A stretch of DNA of 64,000 bases from Massalongia carnosa. Its lineage: Eukaryota. The position numbers and the translations under genes were made by a program. Positions 21,826 to 35,218 of the stretch are shown one piece after another (position 1 is the first letter of the stretch; each line of letters opens with the position of its first letter). The notes beneath the pieces are model-generated. The model saw nothing but the letters and a program-made list of their open reading frames with translations. It was not told where the DNA came from and did no database searches. The DNA lies in assembly GCA_965645245.1 (NCBI GenBank), contig OZ287084.1, positions 1,240,001 to 1,304,000 of the forward strand, in the 5' to 3' direction.

Positions 21826-23415
21826 ATGACCATCTCAATCATGGCAGAAATTAAAGCAGACATTGAGATCTCTACTAACTTACGGCATATACCGTTATCA
21901 TACAACAGCGCCAAGTCGCAAATCTCAGCACTTCGACTAATCTTAACGCTCTTTCCCGAGTGGAAATATGAGGAGGGCAAAATCGAGTTCATTCGATTCA
22001 CTGATGGCATCACCAACACTGTAAGTCCTTTGTATTCAATGAACACCCTGTTATCATTCACACCAGCCGATTTTGCTGAATCTTCTGCTTTTAGCTTTTG
22101 AAAGCCATCAAACGACGGCCAGGTTATACTGAAGAGCAGATAGACCAGGAAGCTATTCTCCTCAGGGCATATGGAAGTGGAACAGAGATTCTTATTGATC
22201 GAGACCGTAGGTCTTCTAACTTAAGTCCCATGTTGTCTAGAGCGCTCTAATATAGCAATAGAAGAGACGGCCTCACATTCCTTACTCGCACAACATCATC
22301 TCGCTCCTCCGCTACTTGCCCGCTTCCAGAATGGCCTTTTGTATAGATTCATCCAAGGTCGTGTCTGCACCCCTGAAGATCTAAGGCGAGAGGAGGTGTG
22401 GCGGGCTGTGGCACGCCGCCTCGGAGAATGGCATGCTCAATTACCTATTATTGCTAGCCGTGAAAATGCCACACCTGCCATGGAGGAACGTGAGTCCGGA
22501 GAACCACACACAGTCTCACCGTCGGAGCAATGCCTCTATAATGAGACAACCAAAGCCATCAATGCTATAACCCCCCACATGGCAACACCAAACCTATGGA
22601 CTGTGTTGCAGAAATGGATATTTGCCCTGCCCACCAAAACCGAGGCTGAAGAAAAGAGAAAGAATGTTCTACAAAAAGAGCTTGAACGGACAGTTTCGGA
22701 GTTAGGAGATACCTCCGGTCTCGGCAAAGAAGGTGTTCGTTCCCCCGATTCCATGGTACTCCCCACATGAATTACATGCTTACTAGCCTATCAACAGCTT
22801 ATCTTTGGCCACTGCGACCTCCTAAGCGGAAATGTAATCATCCACCCCACACTTAACCTTGGCTCCACCCACCCTAATCCTTTGACCGTTTCCTTCATTG
22901 ACTACGAATACGCCACCTCTTGTCCCCCCGCCTTCGACCTAGCAAACCATTTCGCCGAATGGGGCGGTCTTTCCTGCGATTTCGGCATGCTCCCTACCCG
23001 CTCGACCCGTCACGCCTTTCTGCGCGAGTACCTTGACAGCTACACCCTCCATCATCCCCTTCCATCTTTCTCTCCTTCATCATCGTCGTCAGCATTAACT
23101 TCCGCCGCCCCGTCATCCCCATCAACCCCTTCCTCTGAATCCCCCGCCGAATCTCTCCAAGAAGTAATTTCCCAGGAGCAAAAACAGCACTTTGTTGACG
23201 ATCTGGAAGCGTGCCTTTTTGAGGAGGTGGATCGTTTCCGCGGCATCCCGGGTTTCTACTGGGGCGTCTGGGCGCTGATCCAGAAGACAATTTCGCAGAT
23301 TGATTTCGACTATGGGAGCTATGCCGAAGTAAGGCTGGGAGAGTATTGGGCTTGGAGGGGAGAGGGAGAGAAGGGCAAGGGAGAGGAAAGGGAAAGGCGA
23401 TGGGCAAGCGAGTGA
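21826..23415 (+). CDS. EKI1: Ethanolamine kinase (choline/ethanolamine kinase family)
   Basis: Four exons. Motifs FTDGITNTL, LLRAYGSGTEILIDR, LLARFQNG, Brenner motif FGHCDLLSGNVI, FIDYEYA, FDLANHFAEWGG, FYWGVWALIQ and IDFDYGSYA. Confidence 0.9.
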
Positions 23416-24338
23416 GTTTGTGGGATGGGTTTGGGGGCGAGTTGAGCGGATACGAAATGGGGTTGAGAGGCCTGATGGACGAGCCATTGGGTGTTAGGTA
23501 TATTCCTCCCGTAACCCACCCCAACATCCGCATCCCCTACCTATCTATCCCTTCTGCTAAATATTGGCTCCCTCTCCTGACATCGGCAGAATATCCTTTC
23601 CCCCCACAAGAACGGTCTCAACACCGATTGGGGTTACAAGTTGATCACATTTACTATTTATCCATCATATCAGCTTCGACCTAGAAGCCTTTTATACTCT
23701 TCAATTTGTTTTTTTGAAAAGAAAAGGAAAAAGATGAGGTGTGCAGTAATCTCGACGCCTGTTTACTTGTCTACTCCTAATCTCCCGGTTGAGTCTCTCA
23801 ATGGCGGGGGTAAAAGGGATGCCGGACCCACGAAGAATGATAGAAACTGAAAGATGATGTTTATTCTGTTTTCTTCAAGGTTTTCGCTTTTCCATCTTCC
23901 ATTTCTTATGTTCAAACCCCTCCATATCTACCTGTCTTACCACCTTACCCCATAAAAGATTTCCCGTGAATAGGCGAATGACTGATGCAAAAAGGATTCA
24001 AACAAACGAAAGGTACGCGAAAGCAAGGTTCACGATTATATCATGAAGAGAAAATGGACACGCACGCTAGGTACAGAAAATCAAGCTTGCTATCGCCCAT
24101 ATCTATGGAGTTCAGAAGAAAGAATTTGTTGCAAAATTTCGAAGGGCAGGGTGGAATATGAGGATGTATGTACTGCTCGAATAGCCTCAAAATGCGAAGA
24201 AAACTTTGACGATACCAGGCCTAGCTCGTCAGTGTGTCCAGCTTTGCCGAAATGGAACGAGTAATAACTTACGAATGGAACCCGCACACCACTTTATTAG
24301 CAACCCCTAGTCTTTCCCTTGCAACCAACACTATCCCA

Positions 24339-25420
24339 CTACGTCAATGTCTCTCCTCTCGTCAAAACCCCTACGCCCCTTTCCCCCTTTCCCAATCCAA
24401 CCCCGCCGACCCACCACCCTCCCGCGCGCACAATCTCAAGTAGGATGCCGACCTGGCTCTCATTCTGCGGTGCATATACCATGACGAAGCCGGCTGGCAG
24501 GAGATGTCTACCAAAGATAAGGCGGCCGGCTAGAGGATGGCGCTCGCCCCAGCCGTGGGAGATTATGATGGCAGCGTCGGAAGGATGGAGTGTTAGATGC
24601 ATGGATGAGTCCTGCGGTGAAAGGTGATGGATTAGTGCGGGATGGAATTGAAGAAATCAGTTTGACATAAAGCTTGTGAGAATGGTTGTGCTAATTAGGC
24701 CCCATCATTACAGTAAGATTAGACAAATGTCAAGTCATAAGATCAAAGCCAATAGGTACAACTTTATTCCATTAGCAAAAAGTACACAAAACTTACAGAT
24801 GCATGCAAATGGCATATTTCAGCGGTATCAGCACACGTTGGATTCAGATGAGTGGGTGATGGTAGCTTGGTGTCGATATGGCTCGGCTCTGGATGAGGAG
24901 CTACTGCAGATACTTCAAGCTCCCAGCAAGGAGCCATGAAGAGAGCAAGACCATGTTTTTCAAAGCAAGAGTTTCCTTTGCGAAGGAAGGTAGGATACAA
25001 GGCAGCGAACGAATGGAGAGCATTCTTAAGAACTTGATGCACTTGAGGAGAAGACTTCTGATTAATCTGACGATGAGGGGCGATGCCCACGACTTTGGGT
25101 CGAGGCCCAGGCCGAAACGGTAGGCGAAGGAGATAGCCATCAGGTGGGAGAGTGGCTGGCGTTGCACATGGAGGAGTGAATGGGTCTTTGAGGGTGAAAA
25201 GACGCAAACATGAAACTCGCAGATATCCAGCAAAGGTACTTGGCGTTCCGCCAGGCCCAAGAGAGAGAAAATCGCGGTAGTCTCGAAGGACGAACCGATA
25301 GGCCGGAAGCAAGATGGAGAGAACGAGGGTAGAGTAGAAAAGGTATTGGAAATTAGGGGAGGTTGAGGTGGATAGAATGCGGGTGACGAGGTGGAGAGGA
25401 TGGTCAAGAAAGGCTGCCAT
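24339..25420 (-). CDS. Luciferase-domain (DUF5519-like) protein with N-terminal transmembrane helix
   Basis: ATG at 25420, exon 1 to 24797, intron, exon 2 ~24611-24339. Motifs DYRDFLSLGPGGTP, RPGPRPKVVGIAPHRQ, SCFEKH, EICHLHAS-DSSMHLTLHPSDA, GWGERHPLAG and VYAPQNE. Confidence 0.75.
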
Positions 25421-27298
25421 GGTGAGCAATACCCAAGGTAAGCACAGGAGTGACAGAGAGGTACCTAGAGTATCATGGTCAATGGAGATTGATTGGGGTT
25501 GGGGGAGATATGTGACGCTTCTTAACTTGTTCAGAGTACTTTCTGTGCCTGTTGGAGTTATGTAGTTAGGTAGAGACGAGACTGCGGAGATACCTCTTAA
25601 ATGAGCTGTAGGGGTCAATTGACAGGGGAAGGAGAAAAGACCACAGCTATTTTGAAGCCGAGGAAAGAAAGGACAGAAGAGTTGGATAAGAAGGGTTTCT
25701 TTGGGGGGGGGTTCTACTGATATTTGTATCTGATGGGAGAGAATGAGAGTCCTGGAAGAGGTAGGCTTGACCAAGGTAGAAGGGGAACGATGTGACATCA
25801 GATACATGTACGTATTCCTGCAGAATATGTCACGGCTGGGGGATCCGTGTGGGCAGTAGATAATTAGGGCTAAATAGGCCCGGCTCTGGTTCTAGGATCA
25901 CGAGGATGACCTAACGGGGAAAGGTTAAAGCTGGAGATTGGATGCAGGAGCAGAAGCAGAAGCAGAAGACGATTATCGTCACGCGAACGTCATACGAACT
26001 GTCACAATGTATACACTATTAAGAACGGCAAGGGTACCTGATCATATAATCACTAAGCTCGCCTACGTATCGGTTCGCTCATCATACCCATCATATTCGG
26101 TACTCTGTACTGGAAGAGCAAAAGAGGAACGAAATATACCCACATCACTATGCGTACGAAGTACTATTACCCAAACCTCCAATGGAGAAACAAACACCCG
26201 AACTGTCGTGGGATTCAATAGGCGCCTATTGTAGTTATTGATCTGCTGATGAAAAAGCCGGAGAAGAGGAGGCGGCGGCGCTTTCCCATCAGTCACTCAA
26301 TCATTCAGTCACGAGCTGTAGACAATGTCTGGACAAACGAAGAATGCCCTCACACGAATGGTTTCATTTGCTGTCATCCAAAGCTGGACCCCCCCATGAC
26401 TGGTTAGGAATCCAATAACCTGACCTTTGCGATGAAGTTCTCAAGTAGTTTGCAGTAAACAGCCAATATTGTGAACGCCAATGTCAAAACGAGGAGAACC
26501 GGCGTCTGCGTTGCGTTCCTCCTGTGGAGCGATTCGAACAGACTAGTTGGATTAATACACAATATTAGGGCCAGATATCTGTACAAGTTATAATCCGGTA
26601 TTATCATGGATGAAGCATCCTACTTGACAATACTCTTAGGTGGCGGGCCTACAATTCATTCGGCATGTGCTGCACAACGTATGCACCTGTTGCCTATGAT
26701 CAAGCCCCTTTTCATGCCGCGCACGAACAACCCAACCGCATCAGGCTCGCGAAAACGTATCTCACGATGAATCAACATTCCATCTCGATGCACTGCGAAG
26801 ACTTTGCCAGTGGTAGCTGTTGAAGGGTGTTTGGGTTAGTTTTCCATCTTGTCATGGTTCCAGGGCTTCACAGAGGCATATTTTACAAGTTGCACCGTTG
26901 TACCCTGTGCTTTAAGCACGATAATACTACTCTGTACACTAGATGAAGAAAGAGTTCATGTTGCTGGAAAGGACAAGGCTGATGATAACCCCGACAGTCT
27001 AGTGATGAGAGACAAGCGAAGATAATCACCACATCAACCACTAGCGGTATTTATCTCATCAACGCCTAACGTCTGTACCGCTTCGTCTGAGATCATGATG
27101 GCTGGATTGCGCGCACTGATCAGAAAATCCATACCGCCTCTGGCAAAGCTCCCCACAACAGCTTGTTCCTCGTGCTTTCCTATGCTCTTGCCTACCAGGA
27201 ACCTATTCTCCATTCATAACCTTGCATCACCGTTAAGCTTATGTGCGCATTGCGGTCGGACGGTCCAGAGAAGCTGCTCTAGATAGGCCCTTCACAGA

Positions 27299-29803
27299 AT
27301 GAACATGGAGCAGAATAGCGGGCAGTGGCATTTTATTGACCAGGGAGATGATCAGAATAGCTTGGGGAATGCGCCATATTTTGAAAAGTATGAATTCCAC
27401 CGATCAAACTCATTGATCGATGGTCAAAATAGCCTTCGCTCTGCATATTCGAATTCAAGTTCATCTCGAGAAACATCTGGATCATTTCAACCCATGCTCC
27501 ACAAACCCCCAGCAAAACGGAAAAAGCATGGTTATTTCTACCGACTACCGCAGAGGACGATAAGATACATGTGCTTAGCTTTAATTTCAACAGTCATCAT
27601 ATTTATCCTAAGTTTAGTACGGCTAAGCTGGGTCTCTGCAAGGCAATTGGAAATGGGTGCGGTGGAGAAACAAGCGCCAAAACCACCTCCTTGGGAGAGC
27701 TTCGAGTTTTTGACCAGGTATTTTGGAGGTGTGCGAACGCTCGTGCCACGGGAGGAAAACATCCCGGAGTACCCCAAAGATAACGAGATAGGTGCTGATG
27801 ATGAGAAAAACTCAACGATGCTGGTGCGAGAACGAAAACAAATCCCCAGAAGTAGTCCCTTCAATCCATACCCAGATTACAGCTCAGCAGATTATCTGGC
27901 CGAGCATGCGGAAAAACATGAGTGTTACCTAGACGACAAGAATCTGTTGAGAATACCAAAAGTTCATTATCATTCAGGAGTACCCCAGGGCTTTCCTGAT
28001 GCTGTCATGGGCTCATATAATGTTCTTGGGTTACGAGACGATATCTGCTTTGAACGGTTTGGACGACTCGGGCCGTATGGATATGGATACAGCGTGAGAA
28101 GAGGTGGGACTGGGGCAGGATTGAATGGCGATCGTGATGGAGCAGATGACGTTTGGAAGGATGTCGGGGGCATCTCTGAAGTTGACTACTCAAAGGTTCA
28201 GTGGGCCCAAGCACAGCGCGCTTGTGCTCTGAAGAATGAGAAGCGATTCGAGCCTAAATCTGAGGTGAATGATCATCTATTTCAGGATATGCACACTAGG
28301 GAGGAGAAGTCAGCGAAGGAGCTGAACCATGGTGATGTTATTTCTACTAGGATGAAAAGTGCAGAATCAGGTAGAGGTTCATTGCCACGCAATAGTACCT
28401 ACACTGGAAAGGAAAACATACCGACCAAACACGATCTGCTTCCCAGGACTGCAATCATTATCCGTACATGGTGGAACTTAGAGTATAGCCAGGAGGACAT
28501 CATCTATCTGCGATCTCTAATTACCGAGCTTTCCCTCTTGTCCGGGGGCGAATATACCCTGCATTTCCTTATTCATGTCAAGGATGATAACGTCCCCATC
28601 TGGGCTGATAAACGAATATACGATCGTATTCTTGAGAATGCTCTACCTCGGGAATTTCAAGGCATGGGGACTCTTTGGAGCGAAAGGCAAATGGGTCTCA
28701 TCTATGGGGGTCTCCAAGAAAGCTACTTTCGTAGTCTTCCTGTTCATGGGGTGTATCGTGGTACATTTTTGCCCATACAGTATTTCTCCTATCAACATCC
28801 CGAGTACGAGTACCTCTGGAATTGGGAGATGGATGTTCGCTATACCGGCCAATGGTATCATCTCTTGGAAAGAGTCAGAGAATGGACCAAAGCCCAACCT
28901 CGAAAGGGGCTTTGGGAACGAAACGGTCGGTTTTACATCCCGTCTGTCCACGGTAGCTGGGAAGACTTTAAGCAGATGGTTCGTGTGCAAACTGAGATGG
29001 GCACCAAAAATCCCAATAACATGTGGTCTGGCTTGAAAACCAGCGCTGTAAACATGCCTGGTGCTGGGATTGCTCAACCCAAAATCGATACGCCTGTGTG
29101 GGGCCCTCTAAGCCCTCCGGACATGCTAGGCGCCCAGGAAGATCCGATGCCTCCCAGTACTATGGAAAAAGACAAGTACGAGTGGGGCGTTGGTGAAGAA
29201 GCTGACCTCATAACTTTTAATCCGATGTTCGATCCCGATGGCACAACATGGTTCCTAACAGAAGACGTAACCGGCTACAACATCACCAATGGACTTCCAC
29301 CTCGCCGCGCAGCCATTACTACTACATCGCGCCTGTCCCGACGCCTTCTCCAAACAATGCATCGCGAGACCGTGCTGGAGCGGCACACCATGTTCTCGGA
29401 GATGTGGCCTGCATCTTGCGCCTTGCACCATGGCTACAAGGCCGTCTACGCGCCGCACCCGGTGTATATTGACCGCAGTTGGCCGACCTCCTACCTGGCG
29501 GCCGTGATGAACGGGGGCCGAAATGGGGCTTCAGGCGGCGCCCGAACGAGCGTATTTGGGAGTAGAGAGCATAATTTCAAAGGAACGACCTGGTTCTACG
29601 ATGCTGGCTTTTCGCCCAATTTGTGGCGCCGGTGGCTAGGCTACAAAGTCGACAACGATGGAGGGGAGCAGGAGGAGATGGCAGGCGAGGGGAGGATGTG
29701 TCTTCCTGGTATTCTTTTGCATCCAGTGAAAGGCGTCAACCTGGTCGTTGAAGGTGGTAAGCAGCCCATGGAGCTGGAGGTAGGACCAGAAACAGGGACA
29801 TAG
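27299..29803 (+). CDS. DUF3405 family type II membrane protein
   Basis: Single 834-aa ORF with one N-terminal TM segment. Family-like segments RTAIIIRTW, LRSLITELSLLSGGEY, HPEYEYLWNWEMDVRYTG, GLWERNGRFYIP, WGVGEEADLI, SEMWPASCALHHGYKAVYAPHP and LLHPVK. Confidence 0.8.
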   Translation: MNMEQNSGQWHFIDQGDDQNSLGNAPYFEKYEFHRSNSLIDGQNSLRSAYSNSSSSRETSGSFQPMLHKPPAKRKKHGYFYRLPQRTIRYMCLALISTVIIFILSLVRLSWVSARQLEMGAVEKQAPKPPPWESFEFLTRYFGGVRTLVPREENIPEYPKDNEIGADDEKNSTMLVRERKQIPRSSPFNPYPDYSSADYLAEHAEKHECYLDDKNLLRIPKVHYHSGVPQGFPDAVMGSYNVLGLRDDICFERFGRLGPYGYGYSVRRGGTGAGLNGDRDGADDVWKDVGGISEVDYSKVQWAQAQRACALKNEKRFEPKSEVNDHLFQDMHTREEKSAKELNHGDVISTRMKSAESGRGSLPRNSTYTGKENIPTKHDLLPRTAIIIRTWWNLEYSQEDIIYLRSLITELSLLSGGEYTLHFLIHVKDDNVPIWADKRIYDRILENALPREFQGMGTLWSERQMGLIYGGLQESYFRSLPVHGVYRGTFLPIQYFSYQHPEYEYLWNWEMDVRYTGQWYHLLERVREWTKAQPRKGLWERNGRFYIPSVHGSWEDFKQMVRVQTEMGTKNPNNMWSGLKTSAVNMPGAGIAQPKIDTPVWGPLSPPDMLGAQEDPMPPSTMEKDKYEWGVGEEADLITFNPMFDPDGTTWFLTEDVTGYNITNGLPPRRAAITTTSRLSRRLLQTMHRETVLERHTMFSEMWPASCALHHGYKAVYAPHPVYIDRSWPTSYLAAVMNGGRNGASGGARTSVFGSREHNFKGTTWFYDAGFSPNLWRRWLGYKVDNDGGEQEEMAGEGRMCLPGILLHPVKGVNLVVEGGKQPMELEVGPETGT

Positions 29804-30181
29804 CGAGCATGCCGTCAAATAGCATTTAATATATCCTTCTGTAAGCAGAAATGTAGGAGTCGTCTGGGTAGATTTTTAGCGAGGGAGTTTTGGTATCGAG
29901 GAGGCTGGCGATTAGGCGTCATGGTATTTCCTACATCTTGCATATGGGTATGAATTGAACGAAAAGCTGCCCACTTTTGACTTCTTCGTGTGGATACCTG
30001 TGTATCGGGGTGAATGAATCTAAGGAACTTGAGAAATAATAATTTTACCTAGCTAAGTATATGCCCGTCTAAAAGTTTCTTTCTGTTACCTTAGGGTTTC
30101 ATCAGCCCTAACTAGGAAGCGAGTTGGGAAATTTGAAACCAACAATCCAAAATGATCTCGTATTTGCGTTGAGCAAACCTA

Positions 30182-32506
30182 ATGGCACCACAACTTCTTA
30201 CGAGGAAGCGAAAAGTAATTACCCATGATGCAATTGAAGCTGATGAGGTTCTGCTCAGCGACGGTGGAGAGGATTTGGAAACAGGCCCGCTTGACGGAAT
30301 TCTTTCTCAGAGCGAAGACGAAACAGACGAGGAAGATGGAGCGGCAAGTGATGAGTTACAAGAGGATAGCAGTGATGATGAGAGCTTGGAAGATAAAGAT
30401 GATGATGACGAGCAGGACATACTTTCTGATGAGATTCCTCCAGACCAGAGCGACGGCAAAAGAATTGAGCTGGGAGGTTCATTTGTATATAGGAGAGATG
30501 GCCTAGACGAGGATCAACCAGTGAACTATACTATCACAGAGGACGCAAATGGCAACCCCCGGTATGTCTACCAGGCAATCGATACTGTCTATGACTCGGA
30601 CGATTCTGACGCTCCTGCGACAACCAATACGATTGGCAATATCCCTCTTTCATTCTATGATTCGTACCCTCATATTGGATATGACATCAACGGTAAGAAG
30701 ATCACGCGGCCAGCAAAGGGTGAAGCATTGGACGCATTGTTGGATAGCATTGATGTCCCCAAGGGTTGGACAGGATTAACAGACCCCTCTACTGGTAAAC
30801 CCCTTGAGCTTAGCCAACAGGAGCTGGAGATTTTGCGGAGAATACAAATGAACGAAGTCCCCGAGGAGGGTTACGATCCTTACCCAGCCACGGTGGAGTA
30901 TTTCACCGGCAAAACAGAGGTTATGCCTCTCAGCGCAGCTCCAGAGCCGAAGAGGAGGTTTGTTCCATCGAAGCACGAGGCAAAAAGGATGATGAAAATA
31001 GTGCGAGCGATCAGGGAAGGCCGTATTCTACCTTATAAGCCCCCACTAGAAGAAGACGAAGAAGAACTAGAAATCAAACGCTACGATATATGGGCGAACG
31101 AAGCCCCTCGTCCAGATCATCCTATGAACATACCAGCGCCCAAGCTGCCTCCGCCGGGATACGAAGAGAGCTATCATCCGCCTCCTGAATACCTTCCGGA
31201 TCGGTCGGAGAAAGAGGCATGGGAGAATGCGGACGAAGAGGACAGAGAAAAGGAGTTTTTACCCACTAATCATGACTCGCTGCGTAAAGTACCCGGTTAC
31301 GACAAGTTTTTAAAGGAGAAGTTCGAACGGTGCCTCGACCTTTACCTTGCACCGCGTATTCGGAGAAGCAAGTTGAATATAGATCCAGAGTCCTTACTCC
31401 CTAAGCTGCCTAGTCCAGAAGAGCTGAGACCGTTTCCTACTACATGTGCAACGGTGTTCCGTGGGCATGAAGGTCGTGTGCGCAGTTTAGCCGTGGATCC
31501 GTCAGGTATTTGGCTTGCAAGCGGAGGTGACGATGGCACGATTCGAATTTGGGAGCTTCTCAGCGGACGACAGATTTGGCATATCAAATTGGGAGATTCC
31601 GAAGCAGTTAACGTTGTACGATGGCGCCCAGGTCCAGGTACCACTGTTCTTGCGGCTGCTGTTGGAGAGGATGTATACCTTATAGTGCCACCAATAATGG
31701 ACCCCGAGGTTGAGACCGCCAGTAGAACCATTACCGATGCAGGGTGGGGATATGCCGCGAATGGACTTTCCAATGGCGCCCCGAAGAAGGAACCGGCGGC
31801 CAAATGGACCCGGCCGGATAACCTGTTTGAGGACGACGGGGTTTTAGTCAAAATCAGTCTCCGTAAGACGGTTAAAGTCATTTCATGGCATCGACGTGGG
31901 GAGTATTTTGCCACAGTCTCCCCACAAGGCCAAACGAGCGCTGTTGCTATTCATACACTCTCGAAGCATCTTACCCAGCTTCCGTTCCGCCGCCTCAAGG
32001 GCCTCGCACAGTCCGCCCAATTCCATCCTTCTAAACCTATATTTTTCGTCGCCACGCAACGTATGATCCGTAGTTACGATCTCGCCAAGCAAGAGCTCCT
32101 TAAAATCCTTCAACCGGGCGCACGCTGGATATCCTCATTCGATCTTCACCCAGGCGGTGACAATTTGATTGTTGGGTCTTATGACAAACGACTCTTATGG
32201 CATGACCTCGACCTCTCGGTGTTACCTTACAAGACCCTACGCTACCACAAAAAAGCCATTCGAGCGGTTAAGTTTCATCAAGGAGGTCTACCCCTTTTCG
32301 CCGACGGGAGCGATGATGGGAGTTTGCAAATTTTTCATGGGAAAGTGGTGGTGGATTTGATGGAAAACGCGACGATTGTGCCTCTGAAGGTATTAAGGGG
32401 ACATACGGTGAAGAAGGAATTGGGAGTGCTGGATCTAGACTGGCATCCCAGGGAGCCGTGGTGTGTAAGCGCAGGGGCGGACGGAACATGTCGATTGTGG
32501 ACTTGA
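30182..32506 (+). CDS. ERB1: Ribosome biogenesis protein Erb1/BOP1 (BOP1NT + WD40)
   Basis: Intronless 774-aa ORF with [55 protein letters not shown] and C-terminal WD40 repeats. Confidence 0.97.
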   Translation: MAPQLLTRKRKVITHDAIEADEVLLSDGGEDLETGPLDGILSQSEDETDEEDGAASDELQEDSSDDESLEDKDDDDEQDILSDEIPPDQSDGKRIELGGSFVYRRDGLDEDQPVNYTITEDANGNPRYVYQAIDTVYDSDDSDAPATTNTIGNIPLSFYDSYPHIGYDINGKKITRPAKGEALDALLDSIDVPKGWTGLTDPSTGKPLELSQQELEILRRIQMNEVPEEGYDPYPATVEYFTGKTEVMPLSAAPEPKRRFVPSKHEAKRMMKIVRAIREGRILPYKPPLEEDEEELEIKRYDIWANEAPRPDHPMNIPAPKLPPPGYEESYHPPPEYLPDRSEKEAWENADEEDREKEFLPTNHDSLRKVPGYDKFLKEKFERCLDLYLAPRIRRSKLNIDPESLLPKLPSPEELRPFPTTCATVFRGHEGRVRSLAVDPSGIWLASGGDDGTIRIWELLSGRQIWHIKLGDSEAVNVVRWRPGPGTTVLAAAVGEDVYLIVPPIMDPEVETASRTITDAGWGYAANGLSNGAPKKEPAAKWTRPDNLFEDDGVLVKISLRKTVKVISWHRRGEYFATVSPQGQTSAVAIHTLSKHLTQLPFRRLKGLAQSAQFHPSKPIFFVATQRMIRSYDLAKQELLKILQPGARWISSFDLHPGGDNLIVGSYDKRLLWHDLDLSVLPYKTLRYHKKAIRAVKFHQGGLPLFADGSDDGSLQIFHGKVVVDLMENATIVPLKVLRGHTVKKELGVLDLDWHPREPWCVSAGADGTCRLWT

Positions 32507-32755
32507 ACATTATAGCGCAAAGGCATTGCAAGCATCATAACTTATCTGTTCAGTCAGAATAGCTTTCAGCCCTTAACCTAAAGTAACAAAACACGATGGG
32601 CTTATCCAAAAGGGATCGGTCTATCCGTTTGGTAAGATGTGTCCATTGCTACGTCATTAGGTCTTGCATGTGATCGGGGGAATGAATAGGTAGTCTTCAA
32701 GGCCAGCGAGGTACTCTGAAGCTGTAAAGCTGAGAATGTCTCAGCGCATATCTCC

Positions 32756-34587
32756 ATGGCTATCACATCAATATGGGGATTGTTGGCTGAAGTAGGAAGC
32801 TACTGGCAAACTGTAAGCTTTCATTTCTTCCGTACACCTATTATCGAAATCTAACTCGCTGCAGAAAGCATACCGATGGTGGACCAAGAAGCGGCCTGAG
32901 AAGGCTTTGGTCGAGATTCTCTTCGATGCAGAGTCCTACGAAGAGTGGGAAGAGGCCGCTTTCCAGCTGGATGAGCTCCTTCATACGGATCTGTGGCGGC
33001 AAAACGCCTCGAGCAGACATTATGACTACAAGCTGATGAACGAGCGGCGCCGTGCCATTATCAAGGCACGGGAAGAGGAGGATATCCTGGGCTTGGTGAA
33101 CCTTCTTCGCTCAGGCCTTGTTCGGAACTTGGGAAATATCACTGCTCCTAGGCTTTTCAACCGGGCTTATGCTGGGACGAAACTGCTTATTGAAGAATAT
33201 ATTACGCAGGTTGCGCTGGCGATTGAGTATGTCACCGAGTTACCAACGACTCACGGTGACGAGAACGGATGGACCTCGCAGGCCAAGCTGGATTTACTCC
33301 ACGATACCAGGCAAGCGTTTGGGAGGTCGACTTTGGTGCTGCAGGGAGGAGCCATGTTCGGGCTCTGTCATCTTGGAGTTGTCAAGGCGCTGCACTTACG
33401 AGGATTACTTCCGAGAATTATCACCGGCACGGCTACCGGTGCTCTGATCGCAGCGCTAGTGGGAATACATACCGAGGATGAGCTTCTCGATTTTCTCAAT
33501 GGGGATGGTATCGACTTGACGGCGTTTGCGAGGCATGAGAGGGAAACGAGAGCCACTGTGGAAAATGGGTTCATGTCGGAGTTTCCGAACAACAAGGTTC
33601 AGACAATCCTGCGTCAAATTCGGCGATTCGTTCAGAAAGGCTATTTTCTGGACGTCAATATCCTCGAAGAATGCGTAAGGGCCAACGTTGGCGATTTGAC
33701 ATTTGAGGAGGCCTACGCAAAAACAAGCAGAGTCCTGAACATTACAGTCGCCACCTCTGGCCGCGGTGGTGTCCCCAATCTCCTAAACTACCTCACAGCT
33801 CCCAACGTAGTGAGTTTCCTACGTCTTTATCCATCCCAACGAATTGCCTGCTAACCCCTCATTCCTCAACCCGCAGCTTATCTGGTCCGCTGCCCTTGCC
33901 TCCAATGCCTCCTCTACCACCTTCTACTCCCCCGTAATCCTTAAATGTAAGGACGAAACCGGCGCCATTGTCCCCTGGGCCTCGAGCCAGGAAATCACCT
34001 TCCGCTCCTGGCGCCAGGCCAATTACTCTGACCGTGAATCTCCCCTCACCCGCATCGCCGAGCTCTTCAATGTCAACCACTTTGTCGTCTCTCAAGCTCG
34101 CCCATACATTGCTCCTTTCCTCCGCTCCGACCTTCAGCGCCCTTCCCCCCGCCAAGCCGCCACCGGCCGCCGCCGTGGCCTCGCCATCCCCCTCCTTCGT
34201 CTCACCGGGCTCGAGATTCATCACCGCCTACGCCAGCTCGATTCTCTCGGCTTCCTCCCGGCAACCCTGCGTCGCCTGCTCGTCGACGAGGATATCCCTG
34301 GCGCGAGCATCACCCTCGTGCCTGACCTCGGCGCGGGCGATTTCTGGCGCCTGCTCGAGACGCCGACGAAGGCGGGGCTAGAGTACTGGATCTTGCACGG
34401 GGAGCGCAGCGTGTGGCCTGCTGTCGGAGCGCTCAAAGTCCGGTGTGCGGTCGAGGTTGAGCTGGACAAATGCTATCAGGTGGTTCGGCGGCGAAAGCCG
34501 TTCGATGCGAGTACGCCGGCGTCGGCGAGAAGTGCGTCGGCGGCCGCTGGAAAGAGGAGGAGGGCTGCTAGCTTAGGACTAGGGTGA
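32756..34587 (+). CDS. Patatin-like triacylglycerol lipase family protein (Tgl3/4/5-like), catalytic motif altered
   Basis: Three exons (introns ~32813-32864 and ~33808-33875). Motifs FGRSTLVLQGGAMFGLCHLGVVKAL, LLPRIITGTATG, GDLTFEEAY, LLNYLTAPNVLIWSA and ELFNVNHFVVSQARP. Confidence 0.88.
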
Positions 34588-35218
34588 ATTGGGACGAGGG
34601 GAAAAGGTCGATGGACAAAAACTGTAACCAAAAAAACGAGAGATTCAACGGAAGAATTTTTAATCGTGATACATACTCTCTATTGAACTATTTCGAAGTG
34701 ACTCGATCACCTTCAATTATTCATATATTTCAAATCCCTCTCTCTACCTAACCAGCTAACTCAAGCATGCAGTTTATCCCAAAATGAAAACCCCCCACGA
34801 GAGACGCAACCCCTTTCCATCTTCCATCTTCCCTTCTTCTGCTTGCTTGCTTGCTTGCTTGAACTCCATAGCAGCGAGGTACATATTCACACCACTCTGT
34901 AGATAGATAAGTATCCAGCACCCATAACCTGCCTGTCTACCTACCTACCTTTACTCCCCCTTTCATGAAGCGAGAATTGGAAAAACTGGAAACGAAGTCA
35001 ACACCAGAAACAAGAATATGTAAGAAGAACGCAGGCTAGATACATAGACAATTGAGCCAATCGATTTGACGTTTTCCCACCTTTTTGGGGGGGCTTTTTT
35101 CTTTCCTCTCTTCCTCTCTTCCTCTCCTATTCGCTCATTCGTTCGCTATCCGATTGTTTCTTCTCTTCTTGGGGGGTGTTTGGGGAGGGGTTTGGGAGGG
35201 GACGGTGTTGGAGAAATG

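Noticed and set aside
9147..25420. Secondary-metabolite cluster made of the methyltransferase, ACAD and luciferase-like genes
   Set aside because: No backbone synthase is present and the genes are interleaved with housekeeping genes.
24764..25807. Using the upstream ATG at 25807 for the luciferase-like gene
   Set aside because: The extra ~130 residues look like translated 5' UTR; the family-like sequence begins near ATG 25420.
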